DNA from: Deltaproteobacteria bacterium
GTDB taxonomy: Bacteria > Myxococcota_A > Polyangia > Fen-1088
NCBI GenBank assembly: GCA_033763315.1
Contig: JANRKS010000008.1
Span: forward strand, 26,175 to 58,174
Direction: 5' to 3'
DNA length: 32,000 nucleotides
In this document: positions 24,958-32,000 of the stretch, piece by piece
Position numbering within the stretch: position 1 is the first letter of the stretch
How the letters are laid out: every line of letters starts with the position of its first letter
The notes under the pieces: generated by a model
Told to the model about the DNA's origin: nothing
Databases searched by the model: none
Seen by the model: the letters and a program-made list of their open reading frames with translations, nothing else
Translations under genes and position numbers: made by a program

Positions 24958-27900
24958 TTGGCCGCTGCGTCCCCTATACTGCGACGTTCCCAAGGAGACG
25001 TCCCCCTGCCCGTCGACAACCAGAAATCCTTCCCGCCCAGTCTGGGTGAAGCGCCCATTGCCGTTGTGGGAGTGTCGGCCTTGTTCCCGGGCTCCGTGAA
25101 CAAGGAGGGGTTTTGGCGCGACATCTTGGCCGGTAAGGATCTGCTGACCGATGTGCCCGCCACCCACTGGTTGATCGACGACTATTACGACGCCGATCCA
25201 AAGGCCCGTGACAAAACCTACGCGCGGCGCGGGGCGTTTTTGCCAGAGGTGGATTTTGATCCCGTGGCGTGGGGCCTGCCACCCACGTTGCTGCCCAACA
25301 CAGACACAACGCAATTGCTGGCGCTGATCGTGGCGCAACAGGTTCTTGAAGACGCGTGTGGCACGCAATTTAAAACCGTGAACCGCGAACGCATCAGCGT
25401 GATCTTGGGCGTGACGTCCGCACAAGAGCTGCTGGGCAACATGGTCAGCCGGCTGCAAAAGCCGGTGTGGGTCAAAGCCCTGCGCGAGATGGGTTTGCCG
25501 GAAAGCAAAGTGCAGGACGCCTGCGATCGCATCGCGTCTCACTACGTTGAATGGAAAGAAAGCACCTTTCCCGGTGTTTTAGGCAACGTGGTTGCGGGGC
25601 GCATCGCCAACCGCCTGAACTTGGGCGGCACGAACTGCGTGACAGACGCCGCCTGTGCCAGCAGCTTGTCGGCGTTGTCGATGGCTGTGTCTGAACTGCG
25701 CCTTGGTCAATCAGACATGGTGATCACCGGCGGCGCCGACACCATGAACGACATCTTCATGTACATCTGCTTCTCGAAGACACCTGCGCTTTCACCCACG
25801 GGTGATTGCCGGCCGTTTTCGGATCAAGCCGATGGCACGATGTTGGGCGAAGGCTTGGGCATGTTGGCGCTCAAACGTTTGGCCGACGCTGAACGTGATG
25901 GCGATCGCATTTATGCGCTGATCAAAGGCATCGGCACGTCTTCGGATGGCCGTTCCAAGAGCGTGTACGCGCCGGTGGCCGCGGGACAAGCGGTGGCGTT
26001 GCGACGCGCTTATGAAGAGGCGGGTTATAGCCCAAGCACCGTGCAGTTGGTGGAGGCGCATGGCACCGGCACGCGCGCGGGCGATGCCGCTGAATTTGAA
26101 GGGCTTCGCACTGTATTCGATGAGGCCGGCCGCGGCGACAAAGCTTGGTGCGCGCTGGGATCGGTGAAATCACAGGTGGGCCACACGAAAGCCGCCGCGG
26201 GCGCGGCCGGCTTGTTCAAAGCTGTAATGGCGCTTCACCACAAAGTGCTGCCACCCACAATCAAAGTGGACCGGCCCGACCCGAAATTAAACATCGAGCA
26301 AAGCCCGTTTTATCTAAACACGGTGGCGCGGCCATGGGTACGCAGCGGCGCGCATCCGCGTCGTGCGTCGGTCAGTTCGTTTGGGTTTGGCGGGTCCAAC
26401 TTTCACGTGGCGTTGGAAGAATACACAGGCCCCGCAACGGCGGCGCGCTTGCTGCCTGATGTGGGGCACGTGGTTTTGCTGTCGGGCACACAGGCGGAAT
26501 TGGCCGCACGCTGCGCCGCTTTGGCCGCGCAGTTCGATGAAGCACCGGCCGGCGTGTTGGCTTTCGTGGCGTGGGATTCACAACGCACGTTCGAGCCCAA
26601 AGCCACGGCGCGCTTAAGTGTGTTTGCCGCGAGCGAAGCCGATGCGGCGGCGAAGTTCAAACAAGCCGAGGCCATCGTGAAGACGGGACACGATCTGGTC
26701 TCGCCTGCAGGCATCGAATTCTGTGCAACACCTGCCAGCGGTAGCCTGGCGTTCTTATTTCCCGGTCAAGGCAGCCAATATCTTGGCATGGCCGCGGACA
26801 CTGTGATGGGCGTTCCGTCGGCGATGCAGGCGTGGGAGCAAGCGTGCGGCGACGCTGGATCGTGGGGCGCGGCTTTGGCCGAGGTCACGTACCCGCAGCC
26901 GGTGTTCGATGATGAACAACGGCAAGCGCAAGCGCTGCGGTTGACCGCCACCGAATGGGCACAGCCCGCGATCGGCGCCACGAGCTTGGCGTTGTTGAAA
27001 ATCTTGCGCGCGTTGCAAGTCGAGCCTGCGTACGTGGCGGGCCACAGCTTCGGTGAAGTCACGGCGTTGCATGCGGCCGGCGTGTTTGGCGCGGCCGACG
27101 TCATGCACATTGCACGCAAGCGGGGCGAGTTGATGGCCGCGGCGTCGGCCACACCGGGCGCGATGCTTGGCGTGGCAACAGCCTTGGTCGATGTGCAACA
27201 GCATCTGCGCGACGCTGGTCACGTTGGGCCCGACGCACGCGTCGTGGTGGCAAACCACAACACACCTAAACAAGTTGTGTTGTCGGGGCACACAGGCGAC
27301 ATCGAAGCGATGGAGGCGCGTCTTAAAGCTGCCGGCGTCAACGTCACACGTTTGAATGTGTCCACGGCATTTCACTCGCCCTTGGTGGCAGGTGCCGCCG
27401 TGCCGCTGCAAGCGTTCTTGCAAGACGTGCACATCGGCCCTCCAGTTATGCCCGTGTTTGCAAACACCACGGCTGGCCATTACCCAACCGACAAAAACGC
27501 GATCCGTGAGTTGTTGGCAAACCAAGTGGCCAACCCCGTGCGCTTCGTGGAACAGATCGAAGCCATGTACGCGGCCGGCGTGCGCACCTTTGTGGAAGTG
27601 GGCCCGGGCCATGTGTTGACGGCGCTCGTGGGCCACATCTTGAAGGACCGCCCGCACCGCGCCGTCGCTTTGGATCGCAAAGGACGCAATGGCCTCAGCA
27701 CCTTGTTGCAAGGCCTTGGCGCGTTGGCCTTGGCAGGAAACGCGATTGATTTTTCCGCCTGGTGGCAGCCGTTTGCGCAACCCACCGATCCCCGTTTGCA
27801 GACCAAACCTGCACTGACCCTAAAAGTGGGCGGTGCCAGTTTCGGAAAGCCTTATCCCCCTGCTGGAGGAGCAGCCGCTTTGCCTAAGCCCAATGAAGAG

Positions 27901-30900
27901 AGCCCCGTTTCACAACCGTTGACCCCCGCGGCCGCGCCGGCGCCTGTGGCACCAGCGCCCGCAGCCATGCCCGTGATGGATGCAAGCGTGCAGTACGCGT
28001 GGGTTATGGCGATCACCGAAAGCCAACGCCAAACGGCGGAGGCCCACGCAGCGTTCGCGCGCGCCATGGCCGAAACGCACGCGGCATTCTTGCGGTCGGC
28101 CGAAGCATCGCTGATGGGGCTCAACGCCGCTTTGGGTGGCAACGCCGTGGCGCCGTCGTTCGCGCCGCCAGCACCTGTGTTTGCAGCACCGCCAGCACCT
28201 GTGTTTGCAGCGCCGCCAGCTCCTGTGTTTGCAGCGCAGCCAGCTCCTGCACCTGTGTTGGCAGCGCCCTCAGCACCTGCGTTTGCGGCACCGCCAGCAC
28301 CTGCACCGATGTTCACAGCGCCGCCCACACCTAGTGTTGTGCCTGCGCCGCCCACGCCGGCGCCATCACAAAGCACACCGGCAGGGCTATCGCTTGAAAG
28401 CTTGCAAGCGTTGATGCTGCAAGTGGTGGCTTCGCGCACCGGATACCCCGAGGAGATGTTGGGCCTCGGTATGGATCTTGAAGCCGACTTGGGCGTGGAT
28501 TCGATCAAGCGCGTTGAAATCCTTTCCGCCGTGATGGAACGCGCGCCGGGGTTGCCTGAGGTGAACACGGCAAAGATGGCGTCGATGCGGACGTTGGCCG
28601 AGATCGTCGCTTATCTTGCCAAAGAAGGCGGCTTGGGCGCCAACGGCACCAGCGAACATCACAAGGCCAACGGAAAACCGAACGGCAAAGCGAGTGAATC
28701 GAATGGCGCCGTGGAGGGCGTCCCCCGCCCTTTAGTTGAAAGCCCTGGGGTCACCACCCTAGGGCGCCAAGCTTTGCGCGCGGTTGTGTCACCGGCTTTG
28801 GGGTTAGCCACGGCAGGCGTGCTCGACGGACGCGTGATCATCACCGATGACGGACAAGGCGTGGCCTTTGCTTTGGCCGAACGATTGCGGAACCGGGGCG
28901 CGCAAGTGCAGGTGTGCTTGGCCACAGCCGTGCCGTCAGATGCCAACGTGCTGATCGCGCTCGACGGCTTGCGCGGCTTCAGCAGTCCCGCGGGCGCAGA
29001 CGCGATCAACCGTGAATCATTCATCGCGGCGCGCTCGGTGGCCGCTGCCTTCGAGAAAAACGGTGGCACATTCATCACTGTGCAAGACACGGGTGGCGAC
29101 TTTGGCCTTTCGGGTTCGCACCGCGCGTGGGTGGCAGGCATCTCCGCGTTGGCACGCACGGCCGCCATCGAGTGGCCTCAAGCCACCGTGCGCGCCTTGG
29201 ATGTGGAACGCGACGAGCGCACCGCAGAACAGATCGCCGATGCGATTGCCAATGAACTTATGGCGGGTGGCCCCGAGCTTGAAATAGGTTTACGCGCCGA
29301 TGGCACGCGTGTGCGCCTGGCGTTGGAGGCTTCTGCTTTAACCTTGGGCGCCAACACCAAGGTGGATCGTGCGCAAACGTCTTTCGTGGTTGCCACGGGC
29401 GGTGCGCGTGGCGTGACCGCTGCGTGTTTGCGGGCGCTGGCCGAAGCCGCGCCAGGGCGCTTCTTGTTGCTGGGGCGCACGGCTTTGCAACCTGAACCCG
29501 CCGCATGCGCGGGGGCGCAGAGCGACGCCGAACTGAAACGGGCTTTGTTGATGGAAGCGCGCGCACAGGGCGCCACATTGACGCCGGCGGCGTTGGGCCG
29601 GCAAACGTCGGCGGTGTTGGCCAACCGCGAGGTGAACGCCACGCTGGCCGCATTGAACGCCGCAGGAAGTGAAGCCGCGTATGAAGCCGTGGACGTCACC
29701 GACGCGGCGGCCGTGGCCGCAACCATCGATCGTTATCGCGCACGTTGGGGCGCGGTATCAGGCGTGGTGCATGGCGCGGGCGTACTCGCCGATAAGTTGA
29801 TTGCACAGAAGACCGACGAACAATACACGTTGGTGACCCGCACAAAGGTGCACGGGCTGAGGGCATTGCTGCAAGCCACCGCACAAGACGCTTTGCGCTT
29901 CTTGTGTTTGTTCTCTTCGGTGGCGGCGCGCTCAGGGAACCTGGGTCAGTGCGATTACGCAATGGCGAACGAGATCTTGAACAAGGTCGCGCACGAAGAG
30001 CAGCGGCGCCGCGGCCCCAGCTGCGTTGTGCGATCGCTCGGGTGGGGCCCGTGGGATGGCGGGATGGTGGACGACGGCCTGCGCGCGCGGTTCGCCGCCA
30101 TGGGTGTGTCGTTGATTCCGGTACCTGCCGGGGCCCAAGCGATGTTGAACGAACTGGCTTTTGGCCCACAAGCCGCCACAGAAGTGGTGTTGGGTGCCAC
30201 CAACGAAGACGACGGCGCCTCCCACAGTCTGGCCGGGCCCGACGCCGGCCACGAGCTTGAATGTGAAGTGCACGTCAACCACGAATCGCACGCGTATCTT
30301 GACGGCCATCGCATCAAGGGCGTTCCCGTGGTGCCGGTGGCGTTGGTCATCGATTGGTTCGCGCGCGCCGCACACGCTTTGCGCCCGGACTTGGTGTTGT
30401 CAGCGATCCGCAACGTGAAGGTGCTGCGAGGCGTGCGCCTGTTTGGGTTTGATCAAGGCGCAACGGAGCGCGTGGTGATCAAAGCGCGGCAGCTATCCAA
30501 TGGCGGTCAAGCGACGCTGTCACTTGAGCTGCGTTCCACCGAAGGCGCCAAGCTTTACACCGCCACCGGCGAGATGCGAACGCACGCGTCCATCGCCACC
30601 CGCCCCGCGCCCGTTTTGGAGGCGTTGCAGTCGTCACCCCGCGTGGTGTATGGCCAGGCGCCGTTGTTTCACGGTCCCACCTTTCAAATGATCGACGCGT
30701 TGACCGGTATCGCGCCCGGCGGGTTGGCGGCAACCATCAACGGTGTGTTGGCTTTGTCGTGGCACGAAGCGGGCGCGCACAGGCCGTGGCGCACGGATCC
30801 CGCGGCGGTGGATGCGGCGCTGCAGTTGGCGCTGTTGTGGACGCATCATAAAGTGGGTGGCGTTTCGCTGCCCACGGGGCTCGAAGCCCTGTTGATTCAC

Positions 30901-31092
30901 AAGACGGGCCCTTGGATTGGCCGTGTGCACGCCACGCTGCAAACGCGGCATCCGCAAGGCGAACACAAAGATCGCTGCGTGGTGGATGTTGTGTTCGTCA
31001 ACGATCTGGGTGACGTCTTAGGCGAAGCTTTAGGCATCGAGACGCACGTCATCGCCAGCGGCGAGCCGGTGCCTGCGGCAGTCGTGGTTTAA
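24958..31092 (+). CDS. pfaA: PfaA/Pfa2-type iterative type I FAS/PKS megasynthase: KS-AT-Pro/Ala linker-ACP(x1)-KR-DH
   Basis: 2044-aa ORF. KS: TDAACASS, EAHGTGT, GHTKAAAG. AT: FPGQGSQ, GHSFGE. ACP: LGVDSIKRVEIL, the PUFA-synthase ACP signature. KR: ATGGARGVT, DYAMAN. DH: HRIKGVPVVP, matching HxxxGxxxxP. The start is a TTG at 24958 with no strong SD, so the exact start is uncertain; the KS begins at about 25054. Confidence 0.95.
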   Translation: MAAASPILRRSQGDVPLPVDNQKSFPPSLGEAPIAVVGVSALFPGSVNKEGFWRDILAGKDLLTDVPATHWLIDDYYDADPKARDKTYARRGAFLPEVDFDPVAWGLPPTLLPNTDTTQLLALIVAQQVLEDACGTQFKTVNRERISVILGVTSAQELLGNMVSRLQKPVWVKALREMGLPESKVQDACDRIASHYVEWKESTFPGVLGNVVAGRIANRLNLGGTNCVTDAACASSLSALSMAVSELRLGQSDMVITGGADTMNDIFMYICFSKTPALSPTGDCRPFSDQADGTMLGEGLGMLALKRLADAERDGDRIYALIKGIGTSSDGRSKSVYAPVAAGQAVALRRAYEEAGYSPSTVQLVEAHGTGTRAGDAAEFEGLRTVFDEAGRGDKAWCALGSVKSQVGHTKAAAGAAGLFKAVMALHHKVLPPTIKVDRPDPKLNIEQSPFYLNTVARPWVRSGAHPRRASVSSFGFGGSNFHVALEEYTGPATAARLLPDVGHVVLLSGTQAELAARCAALAAQFDEAPAGVLAFVAWDSQRTFEPKATARLSVFAASEADAAAKFKQAEAIVKTGHDLVSPAGIEFCATPASGSLAFLFPGQGSQYLGMAADTVMGVPSAMQAWEQACGDAGSWGAALAEVTYPQPVFDDEQRQAQALRLTATEWAQPAIGATSLALLKILRALQVEPAYVAGHSFGEVTALHAAGVFGAADVMHIARKRGELMAAASATPGAMLGVATALVDVQQHLRDAGHVGPDARVVVANHNTPKQVVLSGHTGDIEAMEARLKAAGVNVTRLNVSTAFHSPLVAGAAVPLQAFLQDVHIGPPVMPVFANTTAGHYPTDKNAIRELLANQVANPVRFVEQIEAMYAAGVRTFVEVGPGHVLTALVGHILKDRPHRAVALDRKGRNGLSTLLQGLGALALAGNAIDFSAWWQPFAQPTDPRLQTKPALTLKVGGASFGKPYPPAGGAAALPKPNEESPVSQPLTPAAAPAPVAPAPAAMPVMDASVQYAWVMAITESQRQTAEAHAAFARAMAETHAAFLRSAEASLMGLNAALGGNAVAPSFAPPAPVFAAPPAPVFAAPPAPVFAAQPAPAPVLAAPSAPAFAAPPAPAPMFTAPPTPSVVPAPPTPAPSQSTPAGLSLESLQALMLQVVASRTGYPEEMLGLGMDLEADLGVDSIKRVEILSAVMERAPGLPEVNTAKMASMRTLAEIVAYLAKEGGLGANGTSEHHKANGKPNGKASESNGAVEGVPRPLVESPGVTTLGRQALRAVVSPALGLATAGVLDGRVIITDDGQGVAFALAERLRNRGAQVQVCLATAVPSDANVLIALDGLRGFSSPAGADAINRESFIAARSVAAAFEKNGGTFITVQDTGGDFGLSGSHRAWVAGISALARTAAIEWPQATVRALDVERDERTAEQIADAIANELMAGGPELEIGLRADGTRVRLALEASALTLGANTKVDRAQTSFVVATGGARGVTAACLRALAEAAPGRFLLLGRTALQPEPAACAGAQSDAELKRALLMEARAQGATLTPAALGRQTSAVLANREVNATLAALNAAGSEAAYEAVDVTDAAAVAATIDRYRARWGAVSGVVHGAGVLADKLIAQKTDEQYTLVTRTKVHGLRALLQATAQDALRFLCLFSSVAARSGNLGQCDYAMANEILNKVAHEEQRRRGPSCVVRSLGWGPWDGGMVDDGLRARFAAMGVSLIPVPAGAQAMLNELAFGPQAATEVVLGATNEDDGASHSLAGPDAGHELECEVHVNHESHAYLDGHRIKGVPVVPVALVIDWFARAAHALRPDLVLSAIRNVKVLRGVRLFGFDQGATERVVIKARQLSNGGQATLSLELRSTEGAKLYTATGEMRTHASIATRPAPVLEALQSSPRVVYGQAPLFHGPTFQMIDALTGIAPGGLAATINGVLALSWHEAGAHRPWRTDPAAVDAALQLALLWTHHKVGGVSLPTGLEALLIHKTGPWIGRVHATLQTRHPQGEHKDRCVVDVVFVNDLGDVLGEALGIETHVIASGEPVPAAVVV
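25054..26424 (+). other. Ketosynthase domain of the PfaA-like protein (active-site Cys codon 25654-25656)
   Basis: PIAVVGVSALFPG ... DAACASS ... HGTGT ... GHTKAAAG ... GFGGSNFHVALEEY. Confidence 0.9.
26746..27633 (+). other. Acyltransferase (malonyl-CoA:ACP) domain (active-site Ser codon 27046-27048)
   Basis: LAFLFPGQGSQYLGM ... VAGHSFGEVTALHAAG ... AFHSPLV ... FVEVGPGHVLTALV. Confidence 0.9.
28150..28350 (+). repeat. In-frame tandem repeat encoding the Pro/Ala-rich linker; three near-identical 24-bp units flanked by degenerate units
   Basis: Units 28165-28188, 28189-28212 and 28213-28236 are ccgccagcacctgtgtttgcagc(a/g), with one internal a>t change in the third; each encodes PPAPVFAA. Flanking degenerate copies encode APSFA, QPAPAPVLAA, PSAPAFAA, PPAPAPMFTA and PPTPSVVPA. 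Confidence 0.85.
28387..28620 (+). other. Single acyl carrier protein domain (phosphopantetheine Ser codon 28501-28503)
   Basis: LESLQALMLQVVASRTGYPEEMLGLGMDLEADLGVDSIKRVEILSAVME... No second DSxxR/DSL-type carrier motif appears anywhere else in the 2044-aa translation. Confidence 0.85.
29377..30075 (+). other. Ketoreductase catalytic subdomain (preceded by a structural pseudo-KR region from about 28800)
   Basis: FVVATGGARGVTAACLRALA (NADPH Rossmann), VVHGAGVLADK, SSVAARSGNLGQCDYAMANE (catalytic Tyr). Confidence 0.85.
30250..31050 (+). other. PKS-type dehydratase (double hot-dog) domain (catalytic His codon 30307-30309)
   Basis: HAYLDGHRIKGVPVVPVALVIDW matches HxxxGxxxxP. The downstream part contains LFHGPTFQ and DAALQLALLW. 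Confidence 0.8.
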
Positions 31093-31103
31093 GAGCCCCA
31101 CGC

Positions 31104-32000
31104 ATGTCTGCTTCTTCCTTCTGTCCGATCGCGATTGTGGGGCGCGCTTGCGTTCTGCCGAACGCGCTGTCGCCGCAAGCCTTGTGGGATCTAGTGGTGC
31201 GCAACACCGTGGCCACCAGCCGCGCGCCTGCCGGTCGGTGGGGCATTGATTCCACATTGATGTTGGCCGGGCCTGGTGAGGCCACAGGCGATCGTGCACT
31301 CAACGACGTTGGTGGCTACGTGCACGGCTTCGAGCGCGTCTTTAATCCGCATGGCTTCGTGCTGCCGGGCGATTTCATCGCGGGGCTCGATCCTGTGTTC
31401 CAGTGGTTGCTGCACACCGGACGCGAAGCCTTGCGAGACGCCAAATGGGCGGGCAAGCGGTCGCGCGTCGGCGTCGCGGTGGGCAACCTTTCATATCCGT
31501 CACAAGCCTTGTCGCGCTTTGCTGAGCGCGTGTGGCTTGAAGGCCAACCTGATCCGCGCACCGGCAGCAACCACACCACCACCGGGTTGATGGATGTGCT
31601 TGGGCTGCCGCAAATCGATCCGCACAACCGCTTCATGTCTGGTCTGCCCGCGCATTTGCTGGCGCAAGCTTTGGATCTGGGTGCGGGTGCGTTTGCGCTT
31701 GATGCCGCGTGTGCGTCTTCGCTTTACGCGATCAAGGTGGCTTGTGATGCGCTGGCCGATGGCCGCGCCGATTTGATGTTGGCGGGAGCGGTGAACTGCG
31801 CCGATGACTTGTTCATTCATGCGGGCTTTACGGCCCTGTCGGCGTTGAGCCCCTCGGGCCGCACGCGACCCTTTCACGCCGAGGCCGATGGGCTTGTGCC
31901 CGCCGAAGGCGCAGCGATGGTGGCGTTGATGCGGCTCACAGACGCGCAAGCGCAAGGGGCGCCCATCTTGGGTGTCATTCGTGGCATTGGTCTGTCGAAC
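31104..32000 (+). CDS. pfaC: PfaC/Pfa3-type subunit, N-terminal ketosynthase domain (partial; continues past the window end)
   Basis: Absent from the ORF track because it is open-ended. The ATG at 31104 lies 11 nt after the pfaA-like stop. Translation: MSASSFCPIAIVGRACVLPNALSPQALWDLVV...GLDPVFQWLLHTGREALRDA...FALDAACASSLYAIKVACDALADGRADLMLAGAVN...RPFHAEADGLVPAEGAAMVALMRL...ILGVIRGIGLSN. It has the KS active-site DAACASS and 299 codons without a stop. Confidence 0.85.
   Translation, partial: MSASSFCPIAIVGRACVLPNALSPQALWDLVVRNTVATSRAPAGRWGIDSTLMLAGPGEATGDRALNDVGGYVHGFERVFNPHGFVLPGDFIAGLDPVFQWLLHTGREALRDAKWAGKRSRVGVAVGNLSYPSQALSRFAERVWLEGQPDPRTGSNHTTTGLMDVLGLPQIDPHNRFMSGLPAHLLAQALDLGAGAFALDAACASSLYAIKVACDALADGRADLMLAGAVNCADDLFIHAGFTALSALSPSGRTRPFHAEADGLVPAEGAAMVALMRLTDAQAQGAPILGVIRGIGLSN

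Noticed and set aside
28150-28350. Tandem 24-bp repeats considered as a possible CRISPR array or non-coding minisatellite.
   Set aside because: The units are directly adjacent with no spacers, are in frame within the pfaA-like ORF, and encode a Pro/Ala linker. This is not a CRISPR array or an intergenic repeat.
1-32000. Search for mobile elements, phage or defence genes, toxin-antitoxin pairs, CRISPR arrays, and tRNA or rRNA genes.
   Set aside because: I saw no transposase, integrase or recombinase motifs, no terminal inverted repeats, no spaced direct-repeat arrays and no tRNA-like T-arm contexts outside coding frames. The window reads as chromosomal metabolic and accessory genes. A by-eye scan cannot exclude small ncRNAs.

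Overview
GC-rich bacterial chromosomal window with 22 supported protein-coding genes. By eye I found no rRNA, tRNA, CRISPR array, transposase or integrase. Gene content suggests Myxococcota/Polyangia or a similar lineage (a DUF1592/DUF1552 pair, Tat-signal Gfo/Idh/MocA oxidoreductase, pfa-type megasynthase); this is inference only.

Gene order, left to right:
- folC (partial, minus strand, missing from the ORF track because it runs off the edge) and accD.
- A CrtI-like flavoprotein homologue with a degenerate dinucleotide-binding motif.
- A HemD-like gene converging on a four-gene NrtABCD/CmpABCD-type ABC transporter operon (minus strand).
- A PilZ protein and a Trm112-like zinc-ribbon protein.
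- A fused membrane/HdrD-like Fe-S oxidoreductase.
- A PAP2/vanadium-haloperoxidase-type lipoprotein, followed 42 bp later by a PfaD-type enoyl reductase.
- STAS, DUF1592, DUF1552, MAPEG, class II glutamine amidotransferase, Tat-exported Gfo/Idh/MocA oxidoreductase and a large secreted glycoside hydrolase.
- A 2044-aa PfaA-type megasynthase (KS-AT-Pro/Ala linker-one ACP-KR-DH), then the start of a PfaC-type KS that runs off the right edge.

The most interesting feature is this PUFA-synthase-like 'secondary lipid' locus. It has a single ACP, a near-perfect 24-bp tandem repeat in the linker, and an enoyl reductase displaced about 10 kb upstream next to a haloperoxidase-type lipoprotein. The rest looks like ordinary core or accessory metabolism. 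All family calls come from motif recognition in the translated ORFs; no database search was possible.
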